The notes below the pieces were generated by a model. The model worked only from the letters and a program-made list of their open reading frames with translations. It was not told the origin of the DNA and ran no database searches. Shown here piece by piece: positions 1 to 8,527 of a stretch of DNA of 64,000 bases. The stretch covers positions 1,415,085 through 1,479,084 of the forward strand of contig OZ252246.1 of assembly GCA_965249625.1 (NCBI GenBank), read 5' to 3'. Made by a program: the position numbers and the translations under genes. Positions within the stretch are counted from its first letter, which is position 1. Every line of letters starts with the position of its first letter. The stretch is from Nitrospinales bacterium (GTDB lineage: Bacteria; Nitrospinota; Nitrospinia; Nitrospinales; VA-1).

Positions 1-450
1 TTTTCCTGGCACCCACTTTCCTTTTAACCGGTATAATACCCATTTTACCAGTCCAAATATTTGCGACCGAAGTCCTCCTCCGCCTTGATGCTTCAAGTCA
101 CAATTATATAGATATTGGTAAAGATCAAGTTTTGGCGGGCCCAGAACAGGCACCTTACTGAAAAGATCAAACGTTACGTTAAAATTTTTCTGGCAAAAAT
201 TTTTGATCTCCTCGTCGGAACCAGGCTCCTGCGCGCCAAAGTCATTAGAAGGAAAAGCCAGAATACTCAATCCCCGATCTCGATATTTCTCATAGAGTTT
301 TTGCAGCCCCGAATACTGAGGGGTGAACCCGCATTGAGAGGCCACATTGACAATCAGCAAAACCCTCCCCTGATATTTACCAAGCCCGGACACCTCCCCG
401 GCAATGGATTGAGCTTCAAAGCCATAGATGTTTTTATCTAAAAAGTTCAT
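1..450 (-). CDS. glutathione peroxidase (3' end runs off the window)
   Basis: Not in the ORF track because it is open at the window edge. Reverse translation from the ATG at 450-448 gives MNFLDKNIYGFEAQSIAGEVSGLGKYQGRVLLIVNVASQCGFTPQYSGLQKLYEKY..AFPSNDFGAQEPGSDEEIKNFC, which has the classic GPx motifs. The last ~25 codons near the window edge match less well. Confidence 0.85.
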   Translation of the reverse strand, partial: MNFLDKNIYGFEAQSIAGEVSGLGKYQGRVLLIVNVASQCGFTPQYSGLQKLYEKYRDRGLSILAFPSNDFGAQEPGSDEEIKNFCQKNFNVTFDLFSKVPVLGPPKLDLYQYLYNCDLKHQGGGGLRSQIFGLVKWVLYRLKGKWVPGK

Positions 451-581
451 ATTCCAAACTTGGGATTAGAAACCGAATTGGGTCCTGCAGTTCAGGTACA
501 ATATATGGTGGTGAGAGCCGTAGAAACAGGCACCCTTAAATATAGCAGATTACTGAAAAAACCAAATAGCAAATTCGTCAA

Positions 582-1190
582 ATGCTCGTTTTCAAAAACA
601 ATATTTATGACACCTCGTCCCCTGGCAAACTGATTCCTTGCCCCGACTCGGACTACAATTCCTGTTTCGATCCCCGCCATTTTGTTGAAGCGGCATTAAA
701 TCAGGAAGAAGATGTCCTGTCATTTATTGAACACCAACCTCAAATGTACTGGAAAGAGGATTTCAAACAGTTTTATCCCCACGCAGGAAGAATCAATTCT
801 TTGCACTCGCTTAAAGAGATCCTGAGGATATTGCGGCTCGGATTAATCCAGGCTTCATGCTGGCAGCATATGAATACTTACCATTTTTGTTTTTTGTATG
901 ATGTGTTGGTGCGCTTTTCTTTTGACTACAACCATGACAGTTTGCAGGAGAAGTCATCACACCTTCCTGAGTTAAGGGGCAAGCCTGTATATCTTGGCAA
1001 TTTTGTCAGCAACTATTTCTTCAATCAATCATTCCTGGTCGACCCCGAGCATTTCAATTCGCTTAAATCGGAGGATAAAGCCGTGTACGACTGCCCCTGC
1101 CTGTTTGGTGTCGTCAATGGCCTCATCCCGACACGAGAAGAAATGGCCCTTAGAGAATCCCAGGATTATCCCTACACGGTTTTTGTGTAA
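582..1190 (+). CDS. hypothetical protein
   Basis: Long ORF of 202 aa with no recognisable motifs. Confidence 0.45.
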   Translation: MLVFKNNIYDTSSPGKLIPCPDSDYNSCFDPRHFVEAALNQEEDVLSFIEHQPQMYWKEDFKQFYPHAGRINSLHSLKEILRILRLGLIQASCWQHMNTYHFCFLYDVLVRFSFDYNHDSLQEKSSHLPELRGKPVYLGNFVSNYFFNQSFLVDPEHFNSLKSEDKAVYDCPCLFGVVNGLIPTREEMALRESQDYPYTVFV

Positions 1191-1283
1191 TATTGATTAA
1201 GATAAATTTTTCAGGAGAGTTTCGTTGCTCCCTGTCGCAACAATAAAAGTTGACGCATATCATGTTGCATGTTACGATTTGAA

Positions 1284-1563
1284 ATGATTGAGGATTTCAA
1301 ACATAAGGGTTTAAAAAAGCTCTACGAAAAAGGTGACAAAAGCCGATTGAGGCCGGACATTGCAATCAAGGCAGAGCTTTATTTGTCGGTTCTTGACAGT
1401 GCTGAAACGCTGAAGGAACTGGATATTATAGGATTCAGTTTTCACCCCCTTGCAGGCAACATGCGGGGGTTTTTACAGTGTTTTTGTCTCGAGAAACCAC
1501 CGCATTGTCTTCAGGTTTGAAGATGGAAAAGCGTTTGATATTGATTTAGTGGACTACCATTAG
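1284..1563 (+). pseudogene. higB: HigB-family (RelE/ParE superfamily) toxin, frameshifted
   Basis: MIEDFKHKGLKKLYEKGDKS...FHPLAGNMRGF then changes frame at the G5T5 run (1465-1474). The canonical tail YSVFVSRNHRIVFRFEDGKAFDIDLVDYH* continues in another frame to the TAG at 1561-1563. Confidence 0.75.
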
Positions 1564-1575
1564 GAGGAAATTATT

Positions 1576-1869
1576 GTGCCGATAAAAAACCCTGTTCATC
1601 CGGGAAAAATGATAAAGCATTGCGTAGAATCTTCGGGATTGAATGTTACAGAAGCCGCAAAAGGATTGGGTGTTACCCGGCAAACACTCTCGCGCGTGAT
1701 CAATGGAAAAACCTCCTTATCAGCAGAAATGGCTATTCGCGCATCCAAGGCTTTCGGCAGCACGCCTGAGCATTGGCTTAGAATGCAAATGGCTTATGAC
1801 ATGACCGGGATGCGCGACAAGGCAGCTAGAATAAAAGTCAAACGTTTCGCTTCTGCCACAGTTGCTTGA
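1576..1869 (+). CDS. higA: HigA-family antitoxin, XRE-type HTH
   Basis: PIKNPVHPGKMIKH...GLNVTEAAKGLGVTRQTLSRVINGK..SAEMAIRASKAFGSTPEHWLRMQ. GTG start 13 nt after the higB stop. Confidence 0.85.
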   Translation: MPIKNPVHPGKMIKHCVESSGLNVTEAAKGLGVTRQTLSRVINGKTSLSAEMAIRASKAFGSTPEHWLRMQMAYDMTGMRDKAARIKVKRFASATVA

Positions 1870-1919
1870 AGGAGCCCATTTCTAGGCCCTTTTTTGCGGC
1901 ACATTGTTAACAATCTTCA

Positions 1920-2210
1920 TCAGGGCTTTTCCGTCTCAGACACAAGAAATTCCAGCTTGCTGTGATAAGCGGTCTCACAATTTGGTATGCGAACCCGTTT
2001 TGAGGGCATGGGTTCCAACCTGGACAATTCGCAAATCTTCTCCGGTGTCCTCTCTAATTTCGCCGGGTTCCTTAAAAAAATAAACTCCTCTTTCCGGCCA
2101 TTCCGTGCGCACATGACAAGCGGCCAATTTGCGCTCCCCTCCAATATTTTTTTAAGCTGCTCCAGGATAGAATAAAATCTGCGCAATTCTTTTATTCTCT
2201 TATTCGACAT
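1920..2210 (-). pseudogene. GIY-YIG-family nuclease N-terminal remnant (frameshift, in-frame TGA, truncation)
   Basis: MSNKRIKELRRFYSILEQLKKIL is followed, in a second frame, by GGERKLAACHVRTEWPERGVYFFKEPGEIREDTGEDLRIVQVGTHALKTGSHTKL*DRLSQ. A TGA sits where this family has Trp. Confidence 0.6.
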
Positions 2211-2311
2211 ATTCCAATGATTCTTACGATAGTATTTCAACAAAATTTTAATCCAGGATAACATTGATTAAAGTAAAAATTTATTTGCCAAGCAGTATAA
2301 GGAGAAAATCG

Positions 2312-3865
2312 TTGCTCCCTGTTGTTACAGCAGAACAGATGCAGGCCATTGACTGGCAAGCTATTGACCGTTTGGGAATCCCTAGTATCACTCTCATGGA
2401 AAATGCCGGGGTCGGGATCGTCCGGGAACTGCAAAAGCGTTTTCCCGATCTGCCTCAAAAAAAGATATTCATATTTTGCGGCAAGGGCAATAACGGGGGA
2501 GATGGATTCGTCATTGCCCGGCATCTGACCAACATGGGCTCTGAAGTAACGGTCCTCTCGGCCGGAAAATTGTCGGAACTTAAAGGAGATGCTGGAATCA
2601 ACGCCAACTCCGCCCGAAATATCGGTATCCAGGTTGATGAGTTGACCCCGGATAATCTGAACCGCCACGATCATAAACTACGCCATTGCGATATCATCAT
2701 CGATGCCGTGTTCGGGACCGGATTAAACAAACCTGTCTCGGGATTCATGGAAAAAGTCATCGATAAGATCAACCAGTTCGAAAGGTTCGAAAAGTTTGTG
2801 GTCTCGGTGGATATCAATTCTGGAGTGGACTCCGATAGCGACCAGTTAATGGGACCGCATGTTAAATCTGACCTGACCCTCGCCCTCGCCTGCTACAAGC
2901 AAAGCCATTTGCTCCACCCGTCAGCTGGGGTCACGAAAGAAGTCCGGCTCATTGATATTGGAATCCCGGCAAAGGCCTGTGAAAGCCAGAATATCCAGGT
3001 CCATCAGTCCGGCGAGGAGGACATAAAATCTTATTTCCAACAACGCAACCCCAATTCCCACAAAGGCGATTATGGTCATGTTCTGGTACTTGCCGGGTCG
3101 AGAGGCAAAAGCGGTGCTGCAGGGTTGACGGCTCTCGCTGTTCTACGGGCCGGAGCCGGTTTATGCACACTCGCGCTTCCAGACTCCAGCCAGAAGGCGG
3201 TTCATCCTATGGAAGTGATGACCATCCCGCTACCTGAAACCACCAGCGGCACATTATCCTTGAAGGCAAAAGAATCCATTCTGAATCTTCTTGATGGTAA
3301 GTCAGCAGTGGCTGTCGGACCAGGAATCTCCACCGATCCGGAAACGGTTGCTTTGATCGGTGAGATACTGCCGCAGATTCAGTGCCCACTAGTGCTGGAT
3401 GCGGATGCTCTTAACGCATTATCGTTGCATAAGGATTGGCTGGAGAAGTTGAAACCCGAAACCGTTCTCACCCCACATCCGAAAGAAATGTCCCGTTTAA
3501 CTGGAATGCCAACGGAAGAAATTCAAAAAAACCGTATTACCACGGCCTCTAAATTTTCCAGCAATCATTCCTTGACCCTGGTCTTAAAAGGTTCTCCAAG
3601 CCTGATTGCATTGGCCGATGGATCACTGATCATCAATCCCACAGGCAATGCCGGCATGGCGACCGGTGGGTCGGGAGACGTTTTGACCGGAATCATTGCA
3701 GGGTTAATGGCTCAGGGTTTATCCACCGCACAGGCTTCCATTGCGGGAGCTTATATACACGGCGAGGCAGGAGATTATTTTGCCGAAAGTGAAAGCCAAA
3801 CCACTTTGATCGCGGGAGATTTATTAAGATGCCTGCCGGAAACCCTGAAACGTATACTTCCCTGA
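2312..3865 (+). CDS. nnr: bifunctional NAD(P)H-hydrate repair enzyme (epimerase/ADP-dependent dehydratase)
   Basis: YjeF_N motif (CGKGNNGGDGFV) plus carbohydrate-kinase C-domain (GPG..., GGSGDVLTG). Proposed TTG start at 2312 lies 7 nt after AGGAG; the ORF is open from 2264. Confidence 0.9.
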   Translation: MLPVVTAEQMQAIDWQAIDRLGIPSITLMENAGVGIVRELQKRFPDLPQKKIFIFCGKGNNGGDGFVIARHLTNMGSEVTVLSAGKLSELKGDAGINANSARNIGIQVDELTPDNLNRHDHKLRHCDIIIDAVFGTGLNKPVSGFMEKVIDKINQFERFEKFVVSVDINSGVDSDSDQLMGPHVKSDLTLALACYKQSHLLHPSAGVTKEVRLIDIGIPAKACESQNIQVHQSGEEDIKSYFQQRNPNSHKGDYGHVLVLAGSRGKSGAAGLTALAVLRAGAGLCTLALPDSSQKAVHPMEVMTIPLPETTSGTLSLKAKESILNLLDGKSAVAVGPGISTDPETVALIGEILPQIQCPLVLDADALNALSLHKDWLEKLKPETVLTPHPKEMSRLTGMPTEEIQKNRITTASKFSSNHSLTLVLKGSPSLIALADGSLIINPTGNAGMATGGSGDVLTGIIAGLMAQGLSTAQASIAGAYIHGEAGDYFAESESQTTLIAGDLLRCLPETLKRILP

Positions 3866-3873
3866 TATGAAAA

Positions 3874-4356
3874 ATGAAAAAAATATCCCACAGTCCTGAA
3901 GAAACTCTACAACTGGGAAAATCTCTCGGCAGTTCATTGATCGCCGGTGACATTGTTCTTCTATTTGGAGACCTCGGCGCAGGCAAAACCCACCTGACCC
4001 AGGGAATTTGTTACGGTTTGGAACTGGACAAGGATTCCTATATTCGCAGTCCAACATTCACACTGATTAACGAATACCTGGGCCGACTTCCTATTTACCA
4101 TATCGATCTATACCGGATCGAGAAACAGGAAGAAATCTATTCTCTGGGCCTTGAGGAAATTTTATTTAACCAGGGAGTGGCCGTCATTGAATGGGCAGAA
4201 AAACTACGCTCGCCCAAAGACCCTGAAAATCTCATCCTGAACATCCAGGATCGAATAGAAATTAGTATAAAAATTATCAGCGACTCCGAACGTGAATTCA
4301 CCTTCCATTCGTTTTTCCCGGAACCCCGATCCCTCCCTGTTTTTACTTTACTTTAA
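3874..4356 (+). CDS. tsaE: tRNA t6A biosynthesis ATPase TsaE
   Basis: GDLGAGKTHLTQG Walker A and SPTFTLINEY motif. Typical size. Confidence 0.9.
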   Translation: MKKISHSPEETLQLGKSLGSSLIAGDIVLLFGDLGAGKTHLTQGICYGLELDKDSYIRSPTFTLINEYLGRLPIYHIDLYRIEKQEEIYSLGLEEILFNQGVAVIEWAEKLRSPKDPENLILNIQDRIEISIKIISDSEREFTFHSFFPEPRSLPVFTLL

Positions 4357-4433
4357 AGACCCCCTATGTCATGATCGGTTTTATGGTATGCCATTTGCAT
4401 AAAATTTTAATGTACTATAAATTAAACATTTAA

Positions 4434-4820
4434 ATGATTAATACGGTCAGGAGAGCTTTACTATTAGTGGCCTTCAGCGTAATTGGAATGGCAGGGTTTT
4501 ACTTTTTCAAAACCCTGGGTACTTCTGTTGAAATGGAGGACATCAAAATCAAGGTGATGGAAAAAGGAGTCGATGTCGAAATTGAGAATTTCAAGATAAT
4601 CCACGAAAATAAAGGGGTTAAGGAGTGGGAACTCAAAGCAGATTTAGCGCAAATCGACAATCGGGAAAATTTGACAAAGTTACAGAATGTGGAAATGATT
4701 CTCCACAAGGGAGAAAACAGGCAATTCATCATTTCCGCTGATTTTGGTATCTACAAAAGCAAAACCGATGATGTGAGTCTGGACGGCAATGTAAAGCTTG
4801 TGGGCTCCGCAAAGGATTAA
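4434..4820 (+). CDS. lptC: LptC-like LPS export protein (possibly frameshifted at the 3' end)
   Basis: N-terminal TM helix then OstA-like beta-rich sequence, lying directly upstream of lptA-lptB. It is short at 128 aa. Confidence 0.6.
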   Translation: MINTVRRALLLVAFSVIGMAGFYFFKTLGTSVEMEDIKIKVMEKGVDVEIENFKIIHENKGVKEWELKADLAQIDNRENLTKLQNVEMILHKGENRQFIISADFGIYKSKTDDVSLDGNVKLVGSAKD

Positions 4821-4874
4821 AGCAAAGGCTCGGCATCAATTCCGAGAAAAACAACTGATAACAAATGGAACTGC

Positions 4875-5414
4875 ATGAAGAATAAAAGCATAGGAACTGG
4901 ACTTATTTTTCTTGTCACCTGGGTATTGATGGCTATACCTAACGTGGCTCAAAGCCAGATCTCGCAAAAATCCAAGCAGGACAAGGAGCCTATAGAGATC
5001 ACCTCCGACCGAATGCGGTCTGAAGATGGGGGGGTGAAAATCATATTTTCCGGGAACGTCGTGAGTTACAAGGGTGACTTGAAAATCACTTCTGACATCA
5101 TGGAGGTCTACAATTCCCCAGATAAAAAAGAAACAGATGAAATTGTAGCCATCGGCAATGTTTTTATTACCCAGGGGGAAAAAAGAGCTTCGGGAGACCG
5201 GGCAGTATATTTGGATAAATTGCAAAAAATCATTTTAACGGGTGCTCCCAAGGCCACTGCATGGGAAGAGGGAAATATGATTGAAGGTCGGGAAATGATT
5301 TTTCTTTTGGATAAAGATCGGTTTGTGGTCAATAAAAGAGTGCGCATGAAGATTTATCCAAAAGATGAAGAAACAAAGAAAACCCCGAAAAAAAAAAGTC
5401 TAAGCAACCAATAA
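4875..5414 (+). CDS. lptA: LPS transport periplasmic protein LptA (OstA-like)
   Basis: Signal peptide, ITSDRM...IFSGNV...A.GDRAVY OstA_N-type repeats, and position between lptC and lptB. Confidence 0.8.
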   Translation: MKNKSIGTGLIFLVTWVLMAIPNVAQSQISQKSKQDKEPIEITSDRMRSEDGGVKIIFSGNVVSYKGDLKITSDIMEVYNSPDKKETDEIVAIGNVFITQGEKRASGDRAVYLDKLQKIILTGAPKATAWEEGNMIEGREMIFLLDKDRFVVNKRVRMKIYPKDEETKKTPKKKSLSNQ

Positions 5415-5442
5415 AAACCAACTTTCCTCTCCCAAATAAAAA

Positions 5443-6165
5443 GTGGCTGGCCTGAAAACTGAGAACCTTGTCAAGTCATACCGGACTCGAAAAGTAGTCA
5501 AAAATGTAAGTATTGAAGTCAATCAAGGCGAAATTGTCGGTCTCCTGGGTCCAAACGGTGCCGGCAAAACCACTACTTTTTACATGGTTGTGGGGCTAAC
5601 CCGCCCGGATAACGGTAAAGTTTTATTAAACGATGAGGACATCACCTGTTTTCCCATGCATCAGCGCGCCAAAAAAGGGGTGAGTTATTTGCCGCAGGAG
5701 CCTTCGGTGTTCAGAAAATTGACAGTGGAAGAGAATATCATCGCGGTACTGGAATCTCAGAAGCTCTCAAGTTTTGACCGCAAAAAAAAGGCCCGTGCGC
5801 TGCTTCGGGAACTCAACATCCTCCACATAAAAGACTCCAAAGCTTATTCGCTTTCAGGTGGAGAACGAAGACGGGTGGAGGTCAGTCGAGCCTTGGCAAC
5901 GTCTCCAGTGTTTATTCTCCTGGACGAACCCTTTGCCGGCATCGACCCTATCGCCGTGGCGGATATTCAATCCATAATATCGCAGTTGAAAAAAAAGGGT
6001 ATTGGAGTTTTGATCACCGATCACAATGTGCGGGAAACTTTAAGCATTACCGATCGTGCCTACATTATCAACGAGGGCGAAATCATCGCGTCAGGTAAAC
6101 CGATGGATGTTGCCCATGATGAAAAGGTGAAACAGATTTATCTGGGCAACCAGTTTTCATTTTGA
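5443..6165 (+). CDS. lptB: LPS export ABC transporter ATP-binding protein LptB
   Basis: GPNGAGKTT Walker A, LSGGERRR signature, [12 protein letters not shown] Walker B. GTG start. Confidence 0.95.
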   Translation: MAGLKTENLVKSYRTRKVVKNVSIEVNQGEIVGLLGPNGAGKTTTFYMVVGLTRPDNGKVLLNDEDITCFPMHQRAKKGVSYLPQEPSVFRKLTVEENIIAVLESQKLSSFDRKKKARALLRELNILHIKDSKAYSLSGGERRRVEVSRALATSPVFILLDEPFAGIDPIAVADIQSIISQLKKKGIGVLITDHNVRETLSITDRAYIINEGEIIASGKPMDVAHDEKVKQIYLGNQFSF

Positions 6166-6188
6166 GCCGGGAGTGAACATATACGGCA

Positions 6189-7613
6189 ATGGAAATGAAA
6201 ATGAATTTGAACCTAAAGATGAGCCAGAAGCTGGTCATGACCCCCATGCTTCAACAGGCCATCAAGCTCCTGCCATTGGCACGCCTGGAACTCGCCCAAT
6301 TAGTAAGACAGGAAATTATAGAAAATCCGGTCCTGGAAGAATTGCTTGAAGATGAAAACGAGCAGGAAGATAGCCATGAAGAAGAACGACCGACTGAAGG
6401 ATCCACCACCTCCGACACGGAACAGGATACAAGCTCTCAGGATCAGGAAATCGACTGGGATAATTATTTCCAAGACAACATTGATCGAGGGATGTCAATC
6501 GAAAGCTATGCCGAAAAACCTTCTATTGAGGCCACCTACAAAAAAGAAGCTACTTTGGCAGACCACCTCATGTGGCAACTGGATTTGTCCGTTGACTCTG
6601 AAGAAGATAAGTTTATTGGCTCCTGCATTATCGGCAACATTCAGAACGATGGGTACCTTTGCGCGGACCTGCAGGAAATTGTTGGCATTAGCCAATCCGA
6701 TGAAGAAAGTGTACGGAGAGTTTTAAAAATCATACAAACCTTTGAACCCACTGGGGTTGCCGCCCGGTCCTTGAAAGAATGCCTGATGATTCAGGCCCAT
6801 GCCCTTTCCAACAAAAATGCCTATGTCGAAGTGCTTATTGAAAATTATCTCGAGCGACTTGAGGACAGGTTCCTGCAAAAGGTTGCCTCTGAATTAAAAA
6901 TTGATTTAGAAGAAGTTTTAGGAGCCTTGAAAATCATCAAGGGTTTTTGTCCGAAACCAGGGCTTTTATTCAGTTCCGAAGGGGTCGATTATGTGATTCC
7001 CGACCTCGTGGTAGTAAAAACGGATAAGGGTTACGATGTGGCCTTGAACGATGAAGGGGTTCCCAACCTGAAGATCAGCTCTCATTATCACAACCTATTA
7101 AAAACCACCAAGGAAGGGCAAACCAAAGAATATCTGGAAGACAAATACCGATCCGCTTTATGGCTGATTAAAAGCATCGAACAGAGAAGACAAACCATTT
7201 ACAAAGTTGGAAAAAGTATCGTAAAACTGCAAAAGAATTTTTTGGACGACGGCTTGTCCTATTTACAGCCTATGGTTCTAAAAGATGTGGCTAGGGATAT
7301 TGAAATGCATGAATCGACGGTAAGCAGGATTACCACTAACAAATATATAGATACACCACAGGGAGTTTTTGAGCTGAAATTCTTTTTCCATAGCGGCATC
7401 AAGTCCTATATGGGAAGTTCCATGTCCTCCATCCGTGTAAAAAACATGATCAAAGAAATTATCAACGAGGAAGACAAAAATAACCCATTGATAGATGAGC
7501 AAATGGTGGAGGCATTAATGAGAAAAAATGCTAAAATAGCGAGAAGGACAATCACCAAATACCGAAAAGAGCTGAATATTCCACCTGCGAGCAAGAGAAA
7601 AAGGTTGTTTTAA
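6189..7613 (+). CDS. rpoN: RNA polymerase sigma-54
   Basis: N-terminal LKMSQKLVMTPMLQQAIKLL, acidic linker, and C-terminal RpoN box ARRTITKYR. Confidence 0.95.
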   Translation: MEMKMNLNLKMSQKLVMTPMLQQAIKLLPLARLELAQLVRQEIIENPVLEELLEDENEQEDSHEEERPTEGSTTSDTEQDTSSQDQEIDWDNYFQDNIDRGMSIESYAEKPSIEATYKKEATLADHLMWQLDLSVDSEEDKFIGSCIIGNIQNDGYLCADLQEIVGISQSDEESVRRVLKIIQTFEPTGVAARSLKECLMIQAHALSNKNAYVEVLIENYLERLEDRFLQKVASELKIDLEEVLGALKIIKGFCPKPGLLFSSEGVDYVIPDLVVVKTDKGYDVALNDEGVPNLKISSHYHNLLKTTKEGQTKEYLEDKYRSALWLIKSIEQRRQTIYKVGKSIVKLQKNFLDDGLSYLQPMVLKDVARDIEMHESTVSRITTNKYIDTPQGVFELKFFFHSGIKSYMGSSMSSIRVKNMIKEIINEEDKNNPLIDEQMVEALMRKNAKIARRTITKYRKELNIPPASKRKRLF

Positions 7614-7694
7614 TTTCCCCTGCCTTTTAGTAATTTATGCACCTTTAGTGTGCTTTAATCATCATATGCCGTTGACGTTTTTTTGAAGAGATCA

Positions 7695-8024
7695 ATGAAA
7701 CTGACTGTAGCTGGACGAAACATTGAAATCACGGATGGCATCCGGGAGCACTTGCAAAACAAAATGGATAAGACCATCAACGAACTGGGCGAGAAAGCAG
7801 ACGTCCATGTGGCACTGTCTGTAGAAAAGCACCGGCATTTTGCGGAGGTCACCGTAAAAACAAAGGGGCTTACGGTACACAGCACGGAGGAGACCGACGA
7901 CCTCTATGCTTCGATGGATAATGCTCTGACAAAAATGGAAAAGCAATTAAGAAAACACAAGGAAAAAGCCCAGGCCCTTAGAAACAAAAAAGGCTCGCAG
8001 TCCAAACTGAGAAATCAGGGCTGA
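7695..8024 (+). CDS. hpf: ribosome hibernation promoting factor
   Basis: MKLTVAGRNIEITDGIREHLQNKM...HFAEVTVKTKG sigma-54 modulation protein family. Follows rpoN. Confidence 0.9.
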   Translation: MKLTVAGRNIEITDGIREHLQNKMDKTINELGEKADVHVALSVEKHRHFAEVTVKTKGLTVHSTEETDDLYASMDNALTKMEKQLRKHKEKAQALRNKKGSQSKLRNQG

Positions 8025-8056
8025 CCCGACATTATCCATAATTTGCTCCCATTAAA

Positions 8057-8521
8057 ATGAAAATTGACGATATTTTAAAAAAGGGTTCCATCATTGCCAA
8101 TCTGGCTGGAACCAATAAGGGAGAAGTCCTCCGGGAAATCACCGATTTCTTGCAAAAGCAGGGCCTTATCAAGGACAAGGAGACCTTGCTCAATACCTTG
8201 ATGGAGAGGGAAAAGCTGGGAAGCACGGGAATTGGTGAAAATGTGGCTATTCCACACGGAAAATCCGATGAACTTTCCCAAATCATTACGGTCTTTGCAC
8301 GTTCATTAAATGGGGTGGATTTTGAATCCCTTGACCAAAAGCCTGTTCATTTTGTATGCATGGTTGTCGCCCCCTCTAATTCCACAGGGCAACATTTAAA
8401 AGCACTGGCTCGCATATCAAGGATTTTTAAAAACCAGAATTTGCGCGATGGTATTCTAAAGCTACAGGACGCAAATCAAATCTATTCACTCCTTCTTGAA
8501 GAAGACTCAAAGTTTATTTAA
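8057..8521 (+). CDS. ptsN: PTS-Ntr EIIA (nitrogen regulatory protein PtsN)
   Basis: EIIA-Fru/Ntr fold motifs (GIGENVAIPHGK with the phospho-His). Position after hpf. Confidence 0.9.
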   Translation: MKIDDILKKGSIIANLAGTNKGEVLREITDFLQKQGLIKDKETLLNTLMEREKLGSTGIGENVAIPHGKSDELSQIITVFARSLNGVDFESLDQKPVHFVCMVVAPSNSTGQHLKALARISRIFKNQNLRDGILKLQDANQIYSLLLEEDSKFI

Positions 8522-8527
8522 TTGGCC

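Noticed and set aside
8-22. Sigma-54-like TGGCAC-N5-TT motif
   Set aside because: The -12 element is TTCC rather than TTGC, and the site lies inside the gpx coding region. It is probably a chance match.
115-441. 108-aa plus-strand ORF
   Set aside because: It is antisense to a clear glutathione peroxidase gene on the minus strand and has no motifs of its own.
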